Assembly: GCA_963790475.1 (NCBI GenBank)
Contig: CAWBOS010000012.1
Coordinates: 544,001 to 608,000 of the forward strand
Reading direction: 5' to 3'
DNA: 64,000 bases
From: an uncultured delta proteobacterium
GTDB taxonomy: Bacteria > Desulfobacterota > RBG-13-43-22
Shown piece by piece: positions 30,489 through 40,052 of this stretch. The stretch's first letter is position 1, and every line of letters starts with the position of its first letter. The notes beneath the pieces are model-generated. The model did not search any database. It was not told the origin of the DNA and saw nothing but the letters and a program-made list of their open reading frames with translations. The translations under genes were made by a program, and so were the position numbers.

Positions 30489-31610
30489 TCAGGCCTCCGG
30501 CCTTATGCCTGTTGCCTCTGGCCTGATTTTCAGATCCAGCAGTTCCCAGAAAGCTTCCCCCTGGACTTCGACTTCAATCCCCAGGACCAGAATTTGCAGA
30601 TCGGTGGGTTCCCATTTCCCCAGCTTCAAAGCATCTTTCTCGGTAGTTACCAACCAATCGTTCTTTAGGGACCGGCAGAGGGTTTCCAGGAACCTTTTAT
30701 CTTTCTCTCGGTAATAGTGATGATCCGGAAATTCAACCAGGTTGACCGGATCAGCCTGGATCTGTTTCAAACTGAAAATAAAAGATTCGGGGGAGGCCAG
30801 GCCGCAAAAGCCGACCACCTGTTTCCCGGCCAACACAGAAAGGGGAATCTCTTCTTTATGGGGATAACTCCAAAGGACCACGGGTTTATGTTCTGAAAAA
30901 AAAACCGGGATCGAAGGAATCCGGGCCCGAATCTCTCCAGCAACGGCCTCCCGTTGAGAAAGGTCCAGTCTTTCCGCATGAGTGATTAATATAATGTCGG
31001 CCCTTCGCATTTCTTCGATCGGTTCCCTTAAATACCCCAAGGGCAGGAGTCTTCCTGAACCAAAGGGTTGATGACCCGGCAAAAGTAAAATATTGATATC
31101 CCTTTTCAGGTTCAGGTGTTGAAAACCATCATCCAAAATAACCCAATCGGTTTGCCATGCTTGAAAACAAAGCATTCCCGAGCGATAGCGATCCTTGCCA
31201 ATCACCACAGGGATTCCCGGCAGTTTTTGGGACAACCAGCAAGGTTCTTCCCCACCTTCTTCGAGAGTCCCCCGTATGGACCCCGTATCGGAAATCACCG
31301 CCCCTTTTTTCACCTTTGTTCCCCCGTAACCACGACTTAACACTGCAGTTTTAATTCCTTTTTTTTGTAAATAGCGGGCCACAAGGGCGGTATGAGGGGT
31401 TTTCCCGGTCCCGCCGGCCGCCAGGTTGCCGATACTGATCACCCTCAAAGGCAAACTTCGGGTCGGCAGAAGATGCCGGCGATACAGCCAAATACGAAAT
31501 CGAACCCCGGCGCCATAGAGGCCGGAAGCTGCATAGAGAAAGGGATGCAGTAGTTGTCTCTTGAAAAAATGCTTTTTAACATTCGGAACTCGGGGTTCAG
31601 TGAAATCCAT
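30489..31610 (-). CDS. lpxK: Tetraacyldisaccharide 4'-kinase
   Basis: SIGNLAAGGTGKTP, SRGYGG, LDDGFQH, FPDHH, TTEKDA. Confidence 0.95.
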   Translation of the reverse strand: MDFTEPRVPNVKKHFFKRQLLHPFLYAASGLYGAGVRFRIWLYRRHLLPTRSLPLRVISIGNLAAGGTGKTPHTALVARYLQKKGIKTAVLSRGYGGTKVKKGAVISDTGSIRGTLEEGGEEPCWLSQKLPGIPVVIGKDRYRSGMLCFQAWQTDWVILDDGFQHLNLKRDINILLLPGHQPFGSGRLLPLGYLREPIEEMRRADIILITHAERLDLSQREAVAGEIRARIPSIPVFFSEHKPVVLWSYPHKEEIPLSVLAGKQVVGFCGLASPESFIFSLKQIQADPVNLVEFPDHHYYREKDKRFLETLCRSLKNDWLVTTEKDALKLGKWEPTDLQILVLGIEVEVQGEAFWELLDLKIRPEATGIRPEA

Positions 31611-31690
31611 GGAGGTGATGGTTCAAAAATATTTTACCTTATTAACTGGTTCAAAATAATATACACTTTTTCAAAGCAAGTATGCCTGCT

Positions 31691-31850
31691 TTTTCTAAGC
31701 CATTGGCCGAAGGGAGCTGTCCTTTCCGGACTTGTCAACGGGGAAAATCCCGCTAGGCGGGATCGAGAATGCAACACGGACAAAGTATCAAGCCTACCTA
31801 AGTCCGAAGAAAAGGGCAGCCTGAAAGCCGCAGACGGATGAATAGACAAT
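31691..31850. ncRNA. Candidate structured RNA or MITE-like long hairpin
   Basis: GCTGTCCTTT/AAAGGGCAGC and CGGACTT/AAGTCCG stems enclosing ATCCCGC-TAG-GCGGGAT. Confidence 0.45.
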
Positions 31851-31932
31851 CCTACTAAGTCAATATTAATATGGGACAGTAAATAAGTTTCTTTCCGGAC
31901 TGGACCCGAAATCCGGTTTTAATGTCCGGACC

Positions 31933-33105
31933 TTATCGCCGTCCTTTTGTAATGGCCTGTTTCAACCAGTCCACAAAGTCCTTAACACCTTTCAACCACC
32001 TGATTTCTTTTTCTTTCCAGGTTACCCAGAACAGGTACCCCCCTATGGCCCCTACAATCACATTCGGAAGCCACAGGCCAATCACCGGGCTCAAGGTTCC
32101 CTTTTCTCCCAGGCTGAAAGCCAAAGAGAGTATCAAGTAATAAATAAAAAAAACGATCGCCCCAAAAATAACGGCCCAGGACCTTCCGGCCAGGCGGGAT
32201 TGCAGGCCGAGGGGGAAGGCGATCATCCCAAAAACAAAGCAGGAAAAAGGAAGGCTGAATTTCTTATAATATTCAATTTTATACTTATAATATTTACTCT
32301 CTCCGGGAGAAGTCTGACGGATCTTTCTTTTCAGTTCAAAAGGATACAATTCAGTCTCCGATTTTTCCCTTTTTGCCTGGGCCGCTACCATCCTATCCAA
32401 GGGCAATATCAGATTATAAGTCTTAAAATTGATATTTTGAGCACTCTTGGAGCCGAGGGTTACATTGTAGATGGTCCCGTTTCCCAGGCGGAGATTGAGA
32501 GACCGCTCCTGGGGATCAGGAATCAACCAACCCTTTTTGGCCACGATGGTTTGGGGGACATCTTTCTGACGTTGATCGAAGATAAAGACATCATCCATTT
32601 CACCTTCGGAACTCACTTTCTGAATATAAAAAACCAGGTCGTTAAAATCGTTGTTGAACACTCGTTCTTTTAAAGTCACTTTGGCCTGAACTACGGCAAT
32701 ATTGAAGATCAAATTCTTCAGAGAGTACTCACCCCAGGGTTGGGCCACCATAGCCGTAAAACTGGTCAGGAGATAAGCGGCCAGGCTAAGGGTCAATACC
32801 GGCGGCAGAAGCTGAAAAAAACCTATCCCGGAAGCCTTCAGGGCGGTTACTTCATTGTCGTTGGATAACCTCATGAATCCCAAGAGAATCGAAATGAAGA
32901 AAGTCATGGGTATGATATAGACGAAGAGAAAGGGCAGGGTGTAACCCAGCAAACGGGCAATATCCCAAAGGCCTACCCCTTTCTGAACGATCATATCAAT
33001 CAACTGCATTAAATTGCTGAGCAGAAAAATTAAAGTAAAGACCAGAAAAGTAATACCAAAAGGGGTCAGGATTTCCTTGAAAATATATCGGGAGATGATT
33101 CTCAT
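31933..33105 (-). CDS. lptF: LPS export ABC permease LptF
   Basis: IISRYIFKE, RLSNDNEVTALKASG, KKFSLPFSC, WLPN. Confidence 0.9.
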   Translation of the reverse strand: MRIISRYIFKEILTPFGITFLVFTLIFLLSNLMQLIDMIVQKGVGLWDIARLLGYTLPFLFVYIIPMTFFISILLGFMRLSNDNEVTALKASGIGFFQLLPPVLTLSLAAYLLTSFTAMVAQPWGEYSLKNLIFNIAVVQAKVTLKERVFNNDFNDLVFYIQKVSSEGEMDDVFIFDQRQKDVPQTIVAKKGWLIPDPQERSLNLRLGNGTIYNVTLGSKSAQNINFKTYNLILPLDRMVAAQAKREKSETELYPFELKRKIRQTSPGESKYYKYKIEYYKKFSLPFSCFVFGMIAFPLGLQSRLAGRSWAVIFGAIVFFIYYLILSLAFSLGEKGTLSPVIGLWLPNVIVGAIGGYLFWVTWKEKEIRWLKGVKDFVDWLKQAITKGRR

Positions 33106-33306
33106 CGGCCTAATCAGAATAATATAAAAGGCTGGTTTTCCCTTGTCGGAGTCGTCGGTTCACCATTCTCCGGATCACAGGATAGGGGCAGAGGTTGGTA
33201 AAAACCACCCCAAGAGGCAATCCGTCCCGGCTTAGTCTGAGGATAGGAACCGGGACTTCTAAAAGTCTCAATTTGATTTGATAAGACATCGCTTTCAAAT
33301 GGTCGA

Positions 33307-33335
33307 AGTATAGGGGGGCTGATTTTGGTTGTCAA
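33307..33335 (-). promoter_or_regulatory. Near-consensus sigma70 promoter for lptF
   Basis: TTGACA-17-TATACT on the minus strand. Confidence 0.75.
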
Positions 33336-33369
33336 TGGGTATTTTGCAATTAAAAAGCGGGGGCTGGGG

Positions 33370-33700
33370 ACGCGCTTGGGAGTCGGAAGAAAACCTGGTC
33401 AAGGTCCGGATGAGCCTACGCAATATTGGCCCTAATATCTGCCGCTCGATACCATTGACCAGGAATTTAAGGTCTTTCCCCTGAAAAGGATACATCTCGG
33501 GATATCCCTTTTCGTTCTATCCAGTTCCGCTTTCTGCTGCCCGTTCTTCTTGACCGAGTCCAAGGGCCGGAGATTGAGTGCCGACAGCCATCCCCTTGGT
33601 TTCCATCACCTATGACCGGACGGGCAACCCCAAAGACAACCGGATTGTCTCCTGTATTCAGTATGCGACCGAGGCGCTCTCAAAAAAAATCGAGGGGGCC
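33370..33700 (+). pseudogene. Remnant of the C-terminus of an acyl-CoA dehydratase activase-like gene
   Basis: Fragments ISLFVLSSSAFCCP and IPLVSITYDRTG across shifted frames (family match from recall). Confidence 0.45.
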
Positions 33701-34302
33701 TCGTTTCTTACCTTGCCTGGTGGGAGGATACTTTAATTCCTAACGTGCATTTTGAATGATATTTACACGATAAATATTGAACATATATCTGTCTGTAATG
33801 GTTAAACTATTTTTTGTAACCGTAGAAGATCAGTTTGACTAAGAATACTCTTCTTGTTATAATTCATTTCAGGTTGCTCCCTGATTTGGTCTTTGCAAGG
33901 TATTTAAAGCTCACGATAGCCAATAAGGACCCCACTTCCAGGCGTTCTTATTTTCTTTTTTGCACTTTTTAAAACAATTATATGAATCATCTTTGCAGGG
34001 AAAATTATTTTCGCTGGGTTACCTTTGCTGTACAATATTTTAGAATTCATGATCCCAAATGGTTCCGGCCAGCCCGTTTTGCCGTGCTAACCGATAGGCT
34101 GATATCTTTGATCTTCGGTCAGGAAACACCAGCGTTATCTGGACCTTAGGGGAGAAAACACCGATTTATGTTGGATGGGCTTGTTTACCTTGTGTAAGCA
34201 AGGGAAATTACCACAAAACAGCCTTTAAAGATAATATTTTTCTGCAATTAATTAAACCAGATCGAGTAGTTGAAACTATTCAATCTTGTTTAAGGAAGTT
34301 TA

Positions 34303-35748
34303 ATGCCGCGAACCGATAGACAAATCTATTTGCTAATTGGTATGTTTACGCTGATTCGCCTCATCGTGGCCCCTTTTTTTGGCTTAGGGGTCGATGAAGC
34401 CCACTATGTCCTATATGCAAAGTATCTGGATTGGAGTTACTTTGATCATCCACCGCTTGTGGGATGGGTTCACGCCGTTTTTTTGAATTTGTTGGGAATC
34501 AACGAACTTATCGCCCGTCTGCCCGCTATTTTAATTTTTGCAGCCACTTCTTACTACGCCTATGTGTTCATGTTGAGGATTACCGGCTCAATAAGAATTT
34601 CATTATTGGCGGTCCTCGCTTTAAATACTTCTTTTATGCTCAATGTCTTGGGCCTAATGCTTTTGCCCGATTCTCTCTTGCTATTTTTAATTTTTCCATT
34701 GATTTTTGTTTCCGAGAGAATTGAGCGCGAGAAAAAAACTTCCGATTTTATTTTTCTGGGAATTGTTCTGGGTTTCATGGGACTGGCTAAATACACATCG
34801 ATTTTATTTGTTCCTCCACTAATAATTTATTTTCTTCTAAAAAAAAGATACGATATCATTTTTTCATTACCCATGCTTCTGGCGACACTTATTGCCCTTT
34901 TGTTCATTACACCGGTAATTTATTGGAATATCCATCATGGCTTCATAAGCTTTCGTTATCAGGGTTCCCATGTATTCGGAAGTTTCCAACCGAGTATTTC
35001 AAATTTACTTGTATCCCTGGCAGGTCAATTCGGAGCCTATAGCCCATTTTTATTGGTCATTGCCTTCTATGGATTTTTAAAGTCGACCAGACCTCGGAAT
35101 GACTATATCCTTCTCTCTGTTTTATTCGGCGGCACAATAATTTTGTTTTTCCTCTTTACTTTTTTATTCGAACAAATATTACCCCATTGGACCAGTATTT
35201 TCTATGTGTTGTTCATCCCTGTGGGAACCTATGAAATAATTAAGGCTAATAAAAGATGGATAATTAATTTTCTGTACCTGAGTGTTGCCTTCAGTTTGAT
35301 CGTACTGTTCCTGGCCTATGCCGAGGTTGTCGGCAAATTTATTGCTTTCCCTGATTATAAATCTCCTTTCCATGACATTTACGGATATCCGGAAATATCC
35401 AGACGGGCAGATGCCATTATAAAAAATAATAAGTCGGGCAGAAATAAGGCCATCGCGGTAACCAACTGGACGATGGCTAGCCGGATCATGTATTACAATT
35501 TACCTTACCGGCATGAAGTATTTGTAATGGATGATCGAAAAGATCAATTTGACGAATGGCAGAAGAATTCGCCCAGAGGGTACGATCTTCTTTTCTTGGT
35601 GACCCATTTTGAGGATTTGGATGTTGGGTCATATGCCCTTTGTCGGCAAGTTGATGTGGCCGGAGGAACAGATCTGATGTTGAACGGATCCAAGGTTGAT
35701 ACCGTTAAATTTGTCTGGTGTCATGATTATCAGGGAAGAAAACCATGA
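34303..35748 (+). CDS. ArnT-like GT-C glycosyltransferase (GT39/GT83)
   Basis: GVDEAHY..LDWSYFDHPPLVGW, ARLP, PDS, LAKYT, PHW. Confidence 0.85.
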   Translation: MPRTDRQIYLLIGMFTLIRLIVAPFFGLGVDEAHYVLYAKYLDWSYFDHPPLVGWVHAVFLNLLGINELIARLPAILIFAATSYYAYVFMLRITGSIRISLLAVLALNTSFMLNVLGLMLLPDSLLLFLIFPLIFVSERIEREKKTSDFIFLGIVLGFMGLAKYTSILFVPPLIIYFLLKKRYDIIFSLPMLLATLIALLFITPVIYWNIHHGFISFRYQGSHVFGSFQPSISNLLVSLAGQFGAYSPFLLVIAFYGFLKSTRPRNDYILLSVLFGGTIILFFLFTFLFEQILPHWTSIFYVLFIPVGTYEIIKANKRWIINFLYLSVAFSLIVLFLAYAEVVGKFIAFPDYKSPFHDIYGYPEISRRADAIIKNNKSGRNKAIAVTNWTMASRIMYYNLPYRHEVFVMDDRKDQFDEWQKNSPRGYDLLFLVTHFEDLDVGSYALCRQVDVAGGTDLMLNGSKVDTVKFVWCHDYQGRKP

Positions 35749-36365
35749 AAAAAAGATGGATCGCAACACCAGTCTTTGCCACTTGCTTGATATCGATAAT
35801 TATTTCTTATTTTTATTGGGATATTTCCATAACCAAATATTGTCTAACCTTAAACCCGGCATTAAAAAAAATGGCTAACGTAATCACAGTTTTTGGTATT
35901 GCAACATGGTATTTGGTCGGCAGCATAATTTTCTATTTATTTTATCGTTTTATTTATAAAAATAATCTGTATGCTTCACGATCTCTTTTTGTTTTTCTTT
36001 CTCTTGGTCTTGCCGGAACTTTCACCACATTGTTGAAATGGATTGCCGGACGTCATCGCCCGATTGATTTACTTAATCCTGGCTATTTTGGATTTGGTTA
36101 CTTTGGTCTCGCCTATGAAGTGACCTCCTTTCCTTCCGGCCACACTCAAACCGCATTTACACTTGCCACTGCATTGACCATACTGTTCCCACGATGGGGA
36201 ATACCGCTATTTATAATCGCCGGGGCTGTGGGTATATCGAGGATAATTTTAATTTCGCATTATTTGAGCGATGTGATTGCCGGAGCAGGTGTCGGAATAC
36301 TATGTACACTGACCATGAAATATTATTTTGACCGGTATAATTCAAATAAGCAGGGTAACAGATAA
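35745..36365 (+). CDS. PAP2-family phosphatase (LpxE/LpxF-like)
   Basis: KWIAGRHRP, SFPSGH, SRIILISHYLSDV. Confidence 0.88.
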   Translation: MKKRWIATPVFATCLISIIISYFYWDISITKYCLTLNPALKKMANVITVFGIATWYLVGSIIFYLFYRFIYKNNLYASRSLFVFLSLGLAGTFTTLLKWIAGRHRPIDLLNPGYFGFGYFGLAYEVTSFPSGHTQTAFTLATALTILFPRWGIPLFIIAGAVGISRIILISHYLSDVIAGAGVGILCTLTMKYYFDRYNSNKQGNR

Positions 36366-36441
36366 AATTTTAAGAAATAAATATTAGGCAGTATGAGTTT
36401 ATGTTAAATAATTTATTAAATTTTTTAGAATTTGGAATGTT

Positions 36442-37134
36442 ATGGGCAAGCGTCCTGAAATGAAAAATAATATAGTTTGGTATTTGGTAATGCCCATTTC
36501 AATTGTCGTTATCTTATCGGCTGTCATTAGCTGGACGAATGCTGATCTTGAAATAGCGAGACTTTTTTATGCCCCCGGAAAGGGCTGGTTTATGGGCCAG
36601 GAACTTCCCTGGTATTTCTTATACCATTACGGAAACATACCGGGAATTGTTCTCGCAGTCGGGGGCTTTTTAGTCTTTGTGCTCGGTCTTTTCCGGAAGG
36701 AATTATTGCCTTATAAAAAAATCGGCCTTTTTCTCGTGATATTTATAGTTTTAGGTCCCGGACTTGTTGTCAATACCGTTTTCAAAGAACACTGGGGGCG
36801 CCCCCGCCCAGGTGATATTGTAAACTTTGGGGGCACAGAAACATTCCACCAACCCTGGGAAATTGGAGAAAATGGGCAGGGTGAATCTTTTCCTTCGGGA
36901 CATGCCTCGGTAGGATTTTACCTGTTTGCCCCGTTTTTCTTCCTGGAGAAATCACACCGGAAAGCGGCCTTCGCCTTTCTTTGTTTGGGAATTGCTTTCG
37001 GTTTCTTCATGGGAGCGGGCAGGATCATTCAAGGAGGTCATTTTCTTACCGATGTTATCTGGTCAGGGTTGCTTACTTATCTCACCGGGTTAACCCTGGC
37101 CTATTTTTTCCGTTTTGACAGGCGCCGACTTTAA
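36442..37134 (+). CDS. PAP2-family phosphatase
   Basis: KEHWGRPRP, SFPSGHA, GRIIQGGHFLTDV. Confidence 0.88.
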   Translation: MGKRPEMKNNIVWYLVMPISIVVILSAVISWTNADLEIARLFYAPGKGWFMGQELPWYFLYHYGNIPGIVLAVGGFLVFVLGLFRKELLPYKKIGLFLVIFIVLGPGLVVNTVFKEHWGRPRPGDIVNFGGTETFHQPWEIGENGQGESFPSGHASVGFYLFAPFFFLEKSHRKAAFAFLCLGIAFGFFMGAGRIIQGGHFLTDVIWSGLLTYLTGLTLAYFFRFDRRRL

Positions 37135-37158
37135 TTGTTGGCAAAGCATCGGCCAACA

Positions 37159-38892
37159 TTAGTCGATCATTCCATTTTCCCGGAATTGAATTTCGTAAAG
37201 CCTCCTATATTCCCCATCCAATTCCATCAGCTGATCATGGTTGCCCTCTTCGACGATCCGGCCCTGGGCCAGGACGATGATCCGGTCCACATTGCGGATG
37301 GTCGAGAAACGATGGGCGACGATGAAGGTCGTCCGGCCTTTCATCAGGTTTTCCAAGGCCCGCTGGACCTCCGCCTCGGAATCTGAATCCAGGGAAGAAG
37401 TAGCCTCATCCAGGATAAGTATGGGGGCGTCTTTAAGCAGTGCCCGGGCAATGGAAACCCGCTGCCGCTCACCCCCGGAAAGCCGTACCCCCTGCTCCCC
37501 GATCAAAGTATCCATCTTCTCCGGCAAGCGTTGGATGAAATCATAGGCAAAAGAGGCTTGGGCCGCCCGGATGATGTCCTCTTCGGTCTTGTCCGGAGAT
37601 CCATAGGCGATATTATTTCGGACCGTATCGTTGAACAATATCGTTTGCTGGGTCACGATTCCGATCTGCCGCCGAAGGGAGTCCTGGGTGATCTCTTGAA
37701 GAGGATGGCCGTCGATTTTAATGGTCCCCTGGCTGACCTCATAAAACCGGGGGATTAAATTGACCAGCGTAGTTTTTCCGCCACCGCTGGAACCAACAAA
37801 GGCTACAATTTCTCCGGTTTTTATGTTCAGATTGATATCCCGCAGCACCCACTCTTGTCCATACCTGAAAGAAACGTTTTCGAAAACAACGCCTTCCCGG
37901 ATGCCGTCAATGACCACTGCCCTTTCCTGATCCCCGATTTCTTCTTCCAGGTCCATAACCTCAAAAACCCGAAGGCCTGCGGCGATGCCCTGTTGAATGG
38001 TATTGTTGACCCCGCTTACGTGCTTAATCGGTTCATACAGCATAAATAAGGCTGTTAAAAAGGAAAAGAAAGTGCCCGGGGTGGAATACCCCTTTATGAC
38101 ATTGTACCCCCCATACCAAACGATGGCGGCCATGGCGACACCCCCCAAGAATTCCATGAGTGGTGAGGATATGGATTTGATGGAGACGTCTTTCATGGTT
38201 AATTGAAAATATTTCCGAACCTTCTCATTAAAACGCCCGATCTCGTAGTTTTCGGTACTAAAGGCCTTGACAATCCGATTCCCCCCGATGGTTTCATGAA
38301 GATGTATGGAGATATCGGCCATGGTCTTCTGGCTTTGGGTGCTGATTTTTCTGAGTTTCCGGCCGAATTTGACGATTGGCCAGACCGCAATGGGGAGAAC
38401 CAGCATGGCCAGAATGGCTAACCGCCACTCGCGGTAGAAGATGACCCCGATCAGAAACAGGATGGTAAACGAATCTTTTAAAATGCCGGTCACGGCATTG
38501 GAAACGGCCCCCTGGATCAGATTGACGTCATTCATAATCCTAGACATAAGCAGTCCGGTGGATGTCCGGTCGTAATAAGACAGGGATAATTTCTGCAAAC
38601 GGGCATAGAGCCCCTGTCTGAGATTGGCCACAATTTTTTCACCGACAAAGCTCATCAGATAGGATTGCCCATAGGCAAAAATCCCTTTGACGATAAAAAG
38701 CAGAATGATCAAGGGAGGTAACAGGGCCAGCATCGAAATTTTTTTTTGAAAAAATAAGTCGTCCAATAACGGCTTAACCATAAAAGCCATCAGTGCGGTC
38801 AAAGCGCCCACCATCAGCATACAAAACATGGCAGCCAACAACCGGGCCCAGTAAGGTTTGATGAGCTGAATCAGTCTTTGGGGGGTCGTCAT
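37159..38892 (-). CDS. msbA: Lipid A export ABC transporter
   Basis: TMD plus NBD (GSSGGGKT, LSGGERQR, ILDEATS); follows lpxB. Confidence 0.92.
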   Translation of the reverse strand: MTTPQRLIQLIKPYWARLLAAMFCMLMVGALTALMAFMVKPLLDDLFFQKKISMLALLPPLIILLFIVKGIFAYGQSYLMSFVGEKIVANLRQGLYARLQKLSLSYYDRTSTGLLMSRIMNDVNLIQGAVSNAVTGILKDSFTILFLIGVIFYREWRLAILAMLVLPIAVWPIVKFGRKLRKISTQSQKTMADISIHLHETIGGNRIVKAFSTENYEIGRFNEKVRKYFQLTMKDVSIKSISSPLMEFLGGVAMAAIVWYGGYNVIKGYSTPGTFFSFLTALFMLYEPIKHVSGVNNTIQQGIAAGLRVFEVMDLEEEIGDQERAVVIDGIREGVVFENVSFRYGQEWVLRDINLNIKTGEIVAFVGSSGGGKTTLVNLIPRFYEVSQGTIKIDGHPLQEITQDSLRRQIGIVTQQTILFNDTVRNNIAYGSPDKTEEDIIRAAQASFAYDFIQRLPEKMDTLIGEQGVRLSGGERQRVSIARALLKDAPILILDEATSSLDSDSEAEVQRALENLMKGRTTFIVAHRFSTIRNVDRIIVLAQGRIVEEGNHDQLMELDGEYRRLYEIQFRENGMID

Positions 38893-38893
38893 T

Positions 38894-40030
38894 TCAGCCC
38901 ATCATCTTCCGTGCTATTTGGGCGACCCGAACAGAGGCCCCGGGCTGGCCCAATTTCTCTCCAACCTCGAAAAGGCGGTCACGGATATTTTGATAATACT
39001 CGGGGTCCTCCAGATAACGCATCATACCTTTCATGAGGGCCTCCGGAACAGCTTCTTCTTGAATATATTCGGGGATAATTTTTTCACCGGCCACCCAATT
39101 GACTAATCCCACATAAGGTACATCGATCAGATGCCTGGCAATCCAGTAATTAACCGGAGAAACCTTATACACAATAAGGATCGGAACCCCTAAGAGTGCC
39201 GCCTCGAGGGTAACTGTCCCTGAAGCCATTATGGCCAGATGACAACGCCCCAGGACCTTCTGAGAATCCCCGGAAGTGAGTTCCAACGAAACCCCCCGGT
39301 CCTGATAAGGTCGGATTTTTTCCCGGAAAGGTGCCGCCTCCAAGGTGCCGGCTACGGGTATAACAAAGCGGAACCTCGGACCACAGTTTTCGGTTAATCG
39401 GACGGCCGTCTCTAACAGCGTCGGTAACATCGCCTCAATTTCCGCTGGCCGGCTACCGGGGAAAAGGCCGATCAGGGTCGTCCCGGAAAGTGGATCGGGA
39501 AAAGGAGCATCGCCTCCCGGATTCCCGTTTGGTATCCGGTCCAGAAGCGGGTGACCTACAAATTCAACCCGGACACCGAAGGTCTCATAAAAGGCCACCT
39601 CAAAGGGCAGAATGACGGCCAACCGATCCACATAGCGGGCAATGTTTTTTACCCGGCCGGAACGCCAGGCCCAGACCTGGGGGCTGATGTAATACAAAAC
39701 CGGGATTTTTCTCTTGTGCGCCGCTTTGGCCAAGCGAAGATTCATGTCGGGATAATCGATCAATATGAGTAAATCCGGTTTATGAAAATCCCATGCTTCT
39801 TTTACTTTTTGAATGGCTTTGAACAAATGAGAAATTCTAAAAACCACCTCGACAAAACCCACCACATTTAAAGGCGGCGGATAGACCATCTCTACTCCCA
39901 TTTCCTCAAGAAGAGGGCCTCCTAACCCAAAAAAAGAAATGGGCTCACCCGATTGCTGCAAGGCCTTAACCAGAGAAGCCCCATGGAGGTCTCCCGAGGC
40001 TTCTCCGGCGATGATACATACTTTTTTAAT
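38894..40030 (-). CDS. lpxB: Lipid A disaccharide synthase (apparent ATT start)
   Basis: IIAGEASGDLHGA upstream of the tracked ORF; IDYPD, SPQVWAWR, VGHPL, PGSR, ASGTVTLE. Confidence 0.93.
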   Translation of the reverse strand: MKKVCIIAGEASGDLHGASLVKALQQSGEPISFFGLGGPLLEEMGVEMVYPPPLNVVGFVEVVFRISHLFKAIQKVKEAWDFHKPDLLILIDYPDMNLRLAKAAHKRKIPVLYYISPQVWAWRSGRVKNIARYVDRLAVILPFEVAFYETFGVRVEFVGHPLLDRIPNGNPGGDAPFPDPLSGTTLIGLFPGSRPAEIEAMLPTLLETAVRLTENCGPRFRFVIPVAGTLEAAPFREKIRPYQDRGVSLELTSGDSQKVLGRCHLAIMASGTVTLEAALLGVPILIVYKVSPVNYWIARHLIDVPYVGLVNWVAGEKIIPEYIQEEAVPEALMKGMMRYLEDPEYYQNIRDRLFEVGEKLGQPGASVRVAQIARKMMG

Positions 40031-40052
40031 CGCTGACTCCTTACTGAGATTC

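Noticed and set aside
31691-31850. Assignment as 6S RNA, SRP RNA or a c-di-GMP riboswitch
   Set aside because: Diagnostic motifs and usual gene context not seen; kept only as an unassigned element
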